A stretch of DNA of 64,000 bases from Dendrobates tinctorius (lineage: Eukaryota), in assembly GCF_039654945.1 (NCBI RefSeq), contig NW_027361782.1, positions 11,036,001-11,100,000 on the forward strand, in the 5' to 3' direction. The notes under the pieces are model-generated. The model worked only from the letters and a program-made list of their open reading frames with translations. It made no database searches and had not been told where the DNA came from. A program made the translations under genes and the position numbers. Below are positions 53,106 through 64,000 of the stretch, in pieces (the stretch's first letter is position 1; each line of letters begins with the position of its first letter).

Positions 53106-53669
53106 TATCCTCTTTCAGTAGTGCACTGCGATAGTTCTCAGGCTTGTGATGTAAATGGTGGATTCCTCGGGTAGTTCCTTTTGATACTCAAAAACAGTTC
53201 CATGGGGATATTGCGTATCAAGTATTTTGGATGTACTGACATGGCCTGGAGAAGACCGTTGACTGCCGTTTCTTTTCTGAGACCTTTGTCTAGAAAAAAT
53301 TCTTGTCATCTTTGAAAATATGAATGTCGAGAAACTCAATGGAGGTCTGGCTGCTTTTTTTATATAAATCTGATGTTTTAGGGGTTGACATTCAAATCCG
53401 AAGAAAATTATTTTAGATCTCCTTCTGTTCCCTGCCAAATCAAAAAGACATCAATAAATCTGGATCACAAAAGCATGTTTCAGAGGATTGGATAGAAAAC
53501 ACTCCCTTTCCCACAGCCCCAGGAAGAGGTTTGCATATGCGGGCATAAATGCCGCCCCCATAGTGGTCCCCTGGAACTGTAGGTAGTACAACACCTTAAA
53601 ATGAAAGTAATTGTGCGTTAGAGTGTATTCCAGAGCTTGTATGAAACATTCTTTAGGATTAGAGTTTGG

Positions 53670-56121
53670 CAGGGGCGTATCTAGGGGGGGAGCCGGGGCA
53701 CTTGCCCCGGGCGCAGCCGGCAGGGGGCGCAGTCGGGCCGCCTAATGCAGTGGTCCGCAGTGTCCTCCCTGGCGGCTGCGTTCTGCCGCCCCCCGGCCTG
53801 AGAGTCGGCGGTTCTCTGGGTCAGCTGTCAAGCTGACAGCTGGCGCAGAGAAGGTGTGCGTGCCAGCTCCCAGGGAACAATTGTACTGGCGTCTATACAG
53901 ATGCCAGTGCAATTGCAGCTCTGACCGCCGGGCCAGAGCGACGTCAGCAGTGTGATCAGATCATGTGATCACGCTGCTGACATCACTCCCCGGCGCCCAG
54001 AGTGAACGCTGGTGGTAAGTGCTCCACTGTGGAGCTGAAGACACCGAAGATGGGGGGGTTAATGAGTGGGGATGGGGGTTAATGTGTGGGGGGGTTAATG
54101 AGTGGGGATGGGGGTTAATGTGTGTTGGGGTTAATGAGGGGATGGTGGTTAATTTGTGAGGGGGTTAATGTGTGTGAGGGGGTTAATGTGTGTGGGGGTG
54201 TTAATGAGTGGGGATGGGGGTTAATGTGTGTGGGGGGTTAATGAGTGGGGATGGGGGTTAATGTGGGGGGTTAATGAGTGGGGATGGGGGTTAATGTGTG
54301 GGGGTTAATGAGTGGGGATGGGGGTTAATGAGTGGGGGTTAATGAGTGGGGATAGGGATTAATGTGTGGGAGGGTTAATGTGTGTGGGGGGTTAATGAGT
54401 GGGGATGGGGGTTAATGTATGGGGGTTAATGAGTGGGGATGGGGGTTAATGTGTGGGGGTTAATGAGTGGGGATGGGGGTTAATGTGTGGGGGGTTAATG
54501 AGTGGGGATGGGGTTAATGTGTGGGGGGTTAATGAGTGGGGATGGGGGTTAATGTGTGTGGGGGTTAATGTGTGTGGGGGGTTAATGAGTGGGGATGGGG
54601 TTAATGAGTGGGGATGAGGTTAATGTGTGGGGGGTTAATGAGTGGGGATGGGGGTTAATGTGTGGGGGGTTAATGAGTGGGGATGGGGGTTAATGTGTGG
54701 GGGGTTAATGAGTGGGGATGGCGGATACTTAATGTGTGGGGGATTTGGAGTGGGGATGGGGTTAATGTGTGGGGGATTTGGAGTGGGGTGTACATAATGT
54801 GTGGGGGATTTGGGAGTAGGGATGGGGGGCTATTTAATGTGTGGGGGGATTTAGAGTGGGGATGGGGGGTTATTTAATGTGTGGGGATTTGGAGTGGGGA
54901 TGGGGAGTTATTTAATGTGTGTGAGGGATGTGAAGTGGGGATGGGGGATTTAATGTGTGTGTGGGGATTTGGAGTGGGGATGGGGGTTATTTAATGTGTG
55001 TGAGGGATGGGGGATTTAATGTGTGTGGGGAGATTTGAGGACACAAAATGAAGAGTATGTTTGAGGAAACAGTATGGTGGATGGGTGCAGACAGTATGGG
55101 GAGCGAATGGGTTAATGTATGTGGACACAGTATGGGGAGGGAGGGTGATGGGATGTGTGCAGACACAGTTTGGGGATTCGGGGTTATGTGTGAGCAGTTA
55201 GTATAGTGAGTGAGGGAGTAAATATATGAGGAGGCAGTATGATGAACAGAGGAGATGTTAGAGGAGACAGTATGATGAAGGAGGGGAATTGTGTGAGGCG
55301 ACAGTATATTGCAGACATTTTTATTTAGGAGCATTATAATGATACTTCTATCTTTAAGGGGATCGTGTGGAGATTTGCTGCAGAAGACCGGAGATGGATG
55401 TCTACACAGACAGCTGTGGATGAGAAAACTCATCATGGGGTTTGGACAAGAAGAAGAAAATGAGACCGACTGCAGAGACGACGTCATCTATAAGGTACCT
55501 GGATGTAAATATTATTTGTGATACTGACTAATTCTCATGTTTTTATTTGTTAGGAACATTAAAGGGGTTGTCCAGGCTTGTGCTGAGTCTGCAGACATTC
55601 TATGTGACTGCAGACTTCTGAATTCTCACAGTGCTCACAGAACGCTGTCAGGATTCTCTCATGCCGGTAATTTACATACATGTGGACACATGCTGACTAG
55701 ACGTGTGTGTGGCCTCACTCAATGAAAATGAACAAAGCGAGGCCGGGCACGTCTAGTCGGAATGTGGCCAGAATTATACAAATCACATACTTGTGCTGAC
55801 ATGACTGTATATCGGCAAGGGAGAATCCTAAAAGTGTGCAGTGCATTAGTTGTGAGAATTCAGAAGCCTGCAATGTCAGGATTCAGCTCTGCAGGTTTCA
55901 GTGCCATCATATGGACACTTCACTCATATGCAATTTTCATAGTTATGGTCCTGTGACAATGAGCTTCTCTTCTTGCTTTCAGTTTTTAACTGAACATTGA
56001 GAGGATTAGGGAGAGCAGCTCGTGGGTACATGACTGACTGTGCAAGTCGCATATGTACTGGGGGGGGGGGGGGGCCGAACCAAATTCTTGCCGGGTGCCA
56101 GAAAGCCTAGATACGCCTCTG
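53670..56121 (+). mobile_element. Non-autonomous hAT element
   Basis: TIR CAGGGGCGTATCTAGG/CCTAGATACGCCTCTG; perfect 8-bp TSD GAGTTTGG. Confidence 0.92.
54048..55035 (+). repeat. G-rich minisatellite (GGGGTTAATGAGTGGGGATG/GGGGTTAATGTGTG)n
   Basis: Directly visible, ~1 kb. Confidence 0.93.
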
Positions 56122-58061
56122 GAGTTTGGCATACTCATAGACATAAAATTGCTGACAGCTTGTAGGACATCTGCATGTTTGATTGAAGTGTAGAGAGCTT
56201 CTACATCCAGTGTTACCAACCACGTCTTTCTCAGACAATCCCGTCAATCTTTTACAAACTGCCAGTTGAATCCTTGATGAAAGATGGCAGCATTTCTACC
56301 AAGAGTTTCAAATGCAAATCTAGGAATTTGAAAGGGGGTTCACAAAGGATTTCATTGCTGAAAATGATTGGATGGCCCAGAGGTGTAGTTTTTTTCTTGT
56401 GCACCTTTTAGGAGCATATAAAAACACAGCGTCCTAGGATGTTCTACGAAGAGAAAGTCTTTTGGTTCCTTTGCAATTGTTTGATTTTCGAAGATTTGGT
56501 CTAATAGGTTCTGAAGAGAAATACAAAAGTAAGTGCATTATATATTAATTTCCTATAACATGTAATATCTATAAGTTGGTGAAAGACTTCTTTTTCATAC
56601 ATTTTCACTGGCCATACCACAATTTTTCTGCCTTTGTCAGCGGGTTTTCTAACAACATTCTTGAGTTGCTTTAGCTTTGAGGGCTTTTCTATGATTGTCA
56701 GTGAGATTATCATCTTTCATTTTCGTCGTTATTTTATGAAATTTATTACATACCATCTTGACAAATGTGTCAATATTGGGATAGAGGTTAAAAGATGGAA
56801 ACATTTTTGGGGGGATTTTGGTTTGAATGGGCCTCCTTGCTTACCTTCAGAGTTGAAGGGATCTTCAATTCCTCCTAATTCCTCCAGAGTTCTCATTACT
56901 TGTAATTCCTGTTTATTCCATACCAAGTCTCCCTTTTCGGAGTTATCATAGAGGTTTTTAAAGATGAGCTTTCTTGCAAAAAATCAAATATTTCAGTACT
57001 GAAGAAAGATCAAAGTATGAAGTAAGAGAAAATGTTAAGCTAAAATTTAAAACTTCTAGTTGCGCCACAGATAAATTAATATCAGACATATTGATCACCT
57101 TAAGCTTTGAAGATGTATAGTTTGAATGAAAATGTCCCTTTTTCCACCCCTATACATTTGGGACTCATATCATTTTCTTATTCCTTCTCTCAGTCCATAT
57201 GGGTGAATGCCTTCCATACTCTTGACTAAGGAAAGAGAGGACATGGCAGATGTTCTCGGGGGACCTCACTCTTGTGTATTCTATGCCACTTGTAAACTCT
57301 TTGAGACTGTTAGTCTGTAAGGTCTCTCCTAAATTTTCTAGATTTATTTTCTCTTATTTCTTTCTTCCAATTTTGAAATTGGGTTTCTAAGTCCATTTTG
57401 AATTTCGCAAGTCTATTTGTGGTGAAAGTATCATTAATCTTCCTTTTGTAGGTCATTATTGCTCCAGCTTGCTTTTAATCAGGCCAGTAAGTAATTCTAA
57501 CATAGAAAATAAACAGGCTTCACAAATCTCCTCGCATTCACAATGAAAGCCCGTGTCCTCGATACAGAATGATGGCATGATTTTCACTCTTAGGCCTCTG
57601 GATATCATTCTCTTCATAGTATCATTCTCTAAAGAGGTCTTGTCACCATATTCAAAGTCTTTCTTACATAGCAACAACCTGCTGTCAGATTCCCATTAAT
57701 GTTTGCACATAATCTTAAGGTGCAGAATTTGATAAAAGTGGAGTGTCAGAGTTAAAGTGAGTCACTAGAGATTACAGCACTTCTGAGAAATGTAACTGAA
57801 GAAAAAACCCTTTAGTATTTTTGGAATGATCAGTATTTTCATTCAGCCTCTGAAGTTCCATTTCTGACACTTTTAAGTGTATAAATCTCATGTCTTCAGC
57901 ATTGTTAATGTCAAGTCACCTGATTGTGATGGTTGTGTCCTCGATGAATGTCAGTCAGGTCAGAAGCGTTAGGACTTTTGTGGGGTTTTCTGGTGGTAGC
58001 ATGCACGGGTTTTGTTCTCCCGTTTCAGGCTCCGCACAAAGACTCAACAAAACTGGAGAAT

Positions 58062-58389
58062 TTATTCCAATAAAAAGTTTTTTGACAATGGAAGGCGAAA
58101 TCTAAAATAGTGCGTAACCTCGCCGCGACCCCCTGAAGAAAGTGATCCTTTCAAAGACGCGTCGCTCCATTCATTGCTGACTCTCATCACTTGGGAAAAG
58201 GAGGAACAAAATGGATTTTTGGAGTCTGTTCGGATTTGACTTGGAGATGTTAAGCTCGGGTCTTTTGGTGAGAAATGAGGCTTGTAAGTGGAGATTTCTG
58301 GGGCGCCGGATGTGACAAATGCGTCATGCATGGTGGACCGGCTTTGTTGGACTGACACATCAGTCACTTTGTGATCAACGCTAATCAGT
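58062..58389 (-). other. Candidate exon of an unidentified transcript
   Basis: Strong polypyrimidine tract and AG (CTTTTCTTTCTCCTTTTTCTTTTAG|) followed by a 108-codon open frame; no recognisable protein family. Confidence 0.25.
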
Positions 58390-59664
58390 CTAAAAGAAAA
58401 AGGAGAAAGAAAAGCAAAGAAATCTATCGGAGAAGCTACAGATGATTAGGAAACTTGATAACCAGATGCAGAAGACGGACAAAGATATTTCAGTAATAAA
58501 GAGATTCAATGTTACTTTTTATGTTAGTTTTAGACTGTTCTGAGATTATCTTCGATATGACGTCTGATAATCAAGAAAATGTGATCAGATTAATTCCTTG
58601 ATAAAGGAATTCTCATGTATTTTTTCCACTGTTCTGCTTAATAGTTTACATATAATATTGTACTTTATATTATAAATTTTCAGTTTTGTGTTCCAATCTA
58701 ATGTTTGCAGTAACATTATGTAATGAATGCACTGCACTGTACATCTATATACAATGACATCTGGATTATAGGAGCTGCCACTGAATGCTTAGAACCCCAA
58801 ATGGGAGCTGATTTGGAATAGAGAAAATTCCCAAAACCTCTGTTTATCAATAAGCGATGGCGGAGGAGCTCACGCGTCCCTGGTCATCATCCTCTGTGGC
58901 TTCATCATGACACCGGATGACTTTCCCTGGGGCCCTGAAGCCTGTCCTAGCAGATATCAGGACACTTTATTGTACTGAATTACTACAAAAAGTAAAAGTT
59001 GAACAAAGAAGATGTAATGAAAAGTTACAAAGAGGAATAAAAATAAAGTTTAATAGGAAGTGTGCAAACAGCTGAACAGTGGGGGCGCTGGGTATCAGAC
59101 CTCCACTGACCTGATAAGACAGGTCAGTAATGGCCAAGTCCAGGACAACTCTATAAAGACTGGATACAATTGCAACAATACCTCTACTGTCAGAATAAAT
59201 ACAAAGAATAGTCTCATTCACTCACAACAATCAGAGAACGTGAACAATGATTTTGACTTAAAGTCTGCTAAAAAGTTGCAGAACTTTTCATTATAAAATG
59301 ATTCATCTCTAGTTACATAAAATCATAAAACCTCATTAAAATGACACTTTGCTGTTATGTAGATAAATGTAGAAGAACGACGATGATGGTGGACGTCTGC
59401 CGACATGATGTAACGTTTATCACCAGATGGCCTCTAATTCATCTTCTGATCAATGGAGCTGGTAGAAGAGACCCCCCGGTGCCCAGCTTTCTAGTATCAG
59501 GCTGCAGGTGGCATCACTGGTAAGAATGAGCGTCAGCACCTTTACTAATAGAGGAGGAGGGTGTGGAAGACGAAAAGCTCCGTCACAGCGCTTTATGGGG
59601 TTTATGGATAAATGATATCCTCTCCCTCTGATACATAATGCAGCTTGCACGGGAAGAGACATAA

Positions 59665-59666
<2 letters not shown>

Positions 59667-59716
<50 letters not shown>

Positions 59717-59717
59717 T
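59667..59717 (+). repeat. (AAT)n microsatellite; a (TTA)n run also lies at ~60374-60407
   Basis: Directly visible. Confidence 0.95.
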
Positions 59718-60371
59718 TTAAAGTACTTAAAGGAGTCGTCCAGGGAAGACAAGTTATCAACTCGCCACAGGATGGGTTTATTGATTGGCCGGGGTCCATC
59801 CTCTGGGACCAATCAGCAGAATGAGGCTTTTTTTGGGAGGGTGCCGCAGTGCAGATGACCGATCCGTGCTTCTTTCATTCCTATGGGGCTGCAGAGCGCT
59901 GCACTTGGCTTTTCGCAGCAGCTGGAAACCTTCTTCCTAATTATATTCATTATGTTATATATCTTCTGCTCTATATGAAGACAGCGTCTAATTCGGGGTC
60001 ATCTCACGCTGCTCGTTCTTCCTGTGTTATTCTCCGACAGGTGACTACATTTATCATTCACGTCATTGCTATTGACACTTCCCTCGTGTCCTTGGGGCTC
60101 ATTTCCTCCATATTTCGGGCTGAGGTTCCCTGCATTGCTCCAGATCTGGTTTCCTGATGACCATCGCATAGTTGGATTTCCTTAAGAATTGAGTCACTTC
60201 CTGCCGGGATTGTGCTTAATCACTGATCAGAGACCCTTAGATTATGGGTCAAGGCAACTAGAGAAACTCCAATTAGACTCATCCCTGCTGCACAGGGACC
60301 TATGGATGCAAAGTAACACTTGGGAAATTGGTGTGTTTGAGATTATTTTACTTTCTTTTTTTTGTATCAAA

Positions 60372-60408
<37 letters not shown>

Positions 60409-62098
60409 ATTTGCATCTATTTAATAATTTATTGAGCATTTTATGAAATTTGTATTATTATTATTATTATTCCCCTCTGAATACATGGGCAATGTTCCTC
60501 TATAGTCTTTTTTCTCTCTTTTGGGCTTTTGGCTTTATTAATAACATGTCTGCAATTTACATCTTGTTGCTACTTTGTAATCCACCTGCTTTATTTAAAG
60601 TGGTATTGTTACATTGATGGTCTATACTTTACATTCTGATTCAGGACCCCCAGGGATCAGCAGAATCAGAGGGTTCGCATATCCCCTCTTTTTTTCCCCT
60701 GACACAGTGCCTTACACTTGGTAGTGGCTGTCCCTGGTACTGCAGATTAGGGCCACTCATTATAATACCAGCCACAACCAAATGTATGAGGGGAGCCAAG
60801 AGATCTGCAGATGGGCGAGGTGCAGCCAATCAGATATTAATCGATTTTCCTAAGTGTTAACAATACATTTGTGTTGCGTCTTGCACAGTCTTCAGTGTTC
60901 CTCCCGAGGGACATTTATGGAGGATGTTATGAAAGATTTGTTATTTCTAGACATGCAAAATGTTTTCTTATCTATAAATAAAAAAATCATGAATGTAATG
61001 CATTTTTTTTAGCAACAAATTGCATTAAATGATGAAACATGTAATTTGGGGTCTGACCCTCCCCATAGATGATGTCTGGAGCAATGTTGTCCAGTCACAG
61101 GCAGCACATTGATGACTTCTGCAGAATATGGTCATTGATACGAGGTCAGTGGGTCCCACACACATCCCACACTCTCAGCTGTTATTTGGGGAAGGATTTA
61201 AACACTTTGAGCTACAAAGATTGACCGAATAACAGCTGACTGGTAGGTGTGCCGTTTGCCAGACCCCCCACTGACAGACAATGATGACTTATCTTATGGA
61301 TAGGTTGACAATTTGCTGTGGCCGGACAACCCCTTTAATATAGATCTAATAAAGAGTGGGGCATTTAAGAGGGGTTTGGGTCACTGTCCTACGAGAGAAC
61401 ACAAACACACATTTACAACATTTTGACAAGTTGTGGATCTATGTCAGAAGTTCTGAGGTTCGAGTGCTTAGACCTTTCCAATCAATTCCGAAAACGAGGG
61501 TGCAAAAGTCCCCATCCTAAGCTCTGCTCCCTCGGAGGCTGGAGATGAGCATCCGAGGAGAGCAGCTTCTTACTCGTCATTTCAGGGTCTGAGAACCGGC
61601 CCCCGACTGATCAAACCTGCTGATATTTCCCTAGGTCCAATATTGCTCAGCTGCAGATTTTGCATTGTGAGAATTCTAAGTTACGTCTCGACTTCCAGTG
61701 CAAAAAAAATGGCAATGTCCCAGAGTGGAGGGCCACAACTGTATCCGACGGCTACAAACATGAGAGCATGGTTGGACATTTCTCAGTTCCCATAAAGACA
61801 ATCTCTTCATTCTTTGTTTCCATTGTTGTTTAGAACAGGCTAACTCTTTATTATCTTCTTGTTAATGTTAGGCATCAGATTCCTGCAGCGACACAACAGG
61901 AATCCAGAGCCTCACATGCTGCTCCGCAGTGTCTATGCCGCACGCACGTGCAATTTCGCCAAGACCTGTGAGTCTAACAAGCTCGGTGTTTATGTTTATG
62001 TTACAGCGCCTCTGTGAGTTAACAGAGCCCGCTCTGCGCATGTCGGGTGACGTTGAACCCGTGCGCATTATACCGCCATATAGCGCGTCTGCCATTAA

Positions 62099-64000
62099 CC
62101 CCTTACCTACAATGGACGTAATATTCCGTCCATGTGACCCTGGACCTAATTACCATGGACGGAATATTATGTCCCAGCGATCAGCGGCGCCCACGTGGTG
62201 AGCGCCGCTAATCGCGGCCGGGTGTCAGCTGATTATCACAGCTGACACCCGGCACAATGTGTCAGGGGCGGTCACGGACCGCCCCGACACGTTAACCCCT
62301 TGTACACAGCGATCAAACGTGATCGCGGTGTACCGGGGGTTAAAGTGAAGCATCGGCAGGGAGGGGGCTCCCTCCGTGCTTCCCTGAGCCCCCCACGGCA
62401 GCGCAATGTGCAGCGCTGCTGCGGGGGTCTCTTTCCCTACAGGCCCCCGGATCCAAGATGGCGACGGGGGCCTTCGGGGGCCTGTAGGGAGCTGACTTCC
62501 TCACTGCCTGCAAAGCGCAGGCATGAGGAAGTCTGCAGAACTGCCTGTGACAGATTGCTGATCTGTCACAGTGATCTGTGATGTGACAGATCAGCGATCT
62601 GTCACAGGACAGTGATGTCCCACCTGGGACAAGGTAATAAAGTTAAAAAAAAAAAAAAAAAAGTGTTAAAAATAATTTTTAAAAAATGGCTAAAAAAATT
62701 AGTAAAAAAAAAAAAAATATTCCCCAATAAATCCATTTTTTTTAAAAAAAAACAAAAAAAACAATAAAAGTACACAAATTTGGTATAGCCGCATCCGTAG
62801 CGACCTGCCCTATAAAACTGTCCCATTAGTTAACCCCTTTAGCAAACCCCTTAAAAAATAAAAATAAAAAACGAAGCAAAAAATAATGATTTATTATCAT
62901 ACCACCGAACAAAAAGTGCAATAACGCGCGATCAAAAAGATGCATATAAATATCCATGGTACCGCTGAAAACATCATCTTGTCCCACAAAAAACGAGCCA
63001 CCATATAGCATCATCTGCAAAAAAATAAAAAAGTTATAGCTCGCAGAATAAAGCGATACAAAAATAATTATTTTTTATATAAAATTGTTTTCATTGCAAA
63101 AAACCGACAAAACATAAAAAACCACCTAAATGAGGTATTGCTGTAACCGTACCGACCCGAAGAATAAAACCGATTTATCAATTTTACCACACGTGGAACA
63201 GTGTAAACCCACCCCCCCAAAAGAAATTCATGAATCGCTGGTTTTTGTCCCAAAAATCGGAATAAAAAGCGATCAAAAAATGTCACATGCCCGAAAATGG
63301 AACCAATGAAAACGTCAACTCGTCCCGCAAAAAATATGACCTCACATGACTCGGTGGGTCAAAATACGGAAAAATTATAGCTCTCAATATGTGGTGATGC
63401 AAAAACTATTTTTACAATAAAAAGCGTCTTTTAGCGTGTGACAGCTGCCAACCATAAAAACCACCATAAATAGTAAATCAAACCCCCCGTTATCACCCCC
63501 TTAGTTAGGGAAAAATAATAAAACTAAAAGAAAATGTATTTATTTCCATTTTCCCATTATGGTTAGGGTTAGGGTTAGGGCTAGGGTTAGGGTTAGGGCT
63601 AGGGTTAGGGCTAGGGTTAGGGCTAGGGTTAGGGCTCAGATTAGGGTTAGGGGTGTGTTGGGGTTAGGGTTGGAGTTATAATTGGGGGGTTTCCACTGTT
63701 TGGGCACATCAGGTGCTCTCCAAATGCAACATGGCGTCTGATCTCAATTCCAGCCAATTCTGCGTTGAAAAAGTCAAATGGTGCTCCTTCCCTTCCAAGC
63801 TCTGCCATGCGCCCAAACAGTGTTTTACCCCCACATATGGGGTATCAGCCTACTCAGGACAAATTACAAAACAACTTTTGGGGTCCAATTTCTCCTGTTA
63901 CCCTTAGGAAAATAAAAAATTGGGGGCAAAAATATCATTTTTGCGGAAAAAAATTATTTTTTTATTTTCACGCCCAGGCGTTATAAACTTCTGTGAAGCA
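62099..64000 (+). mobile_element. Copy C of the TTAA-flanked piggyBac-like family, runs off the window
   Basis: TTAA|CCCCTTACCTACAATGGACGTAATATTCCGTCCATG; collinear with 5862-8060 but lacking the MITE at 7156. Confidence 0.88.

Larger units (their letters stand above)
51621..57670 (-). mobile_element. Penelope-like element RT remnant, split by a solo LTR and a hAT element
   Basis: KPADKGRKIVVW (56713-56501), TLDVEALYTSI (56219-), GTTMGAAFMPAYANLFL near 53520-53575, RGYSRRSIRK joined across the LTR insertion. Confidence 0.8.

Overview
Eukaryotic (vertebrate) genomic DNA, almost certainly anuran amphibian. This is inferred from the repeat families: TTAA/piggyBac-like, T2/Kolobok, Harbinger and hAT MITEs, L2/CR1, Penelope and Incomer. 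Most of the window is deeply nested transposable elements, and no host protein-coding gene can be confidently recognised. Contents: a decayed Gypsy pol; an RTE fragment; three solo LTRs; a large non-autonomous TTAA-flanked family in three copies, one inserted inverted into another; two ~99.5% identical intact DD36E (Incomer-type) Tc1 elements; a broken DD34E Tc1; a broken DD41D mariner; two L2 and one CR1 LINE; a Penelope RT remnant; a hAT transposase remnant; a non-autonomous Helitron packed with minisatellites; and a 612-N gap. Two features stand out. (1) A two-LTR, pol-less retroelement (24078-29166) with a tRNA-Ser(CGA)-type PBS whose internal ORF encodes a cold-shock (OB-fold) domain. (2) An ~0.8-kb Penelope-type insertion (43021-43804) with two minimal hammerhead ribozymes in an inverted repeat. 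Short stretches of apparently unique sequence (16.5-19.9 kb, 57.7-62.1 kb) hold only weak exon and enhancer candidates.
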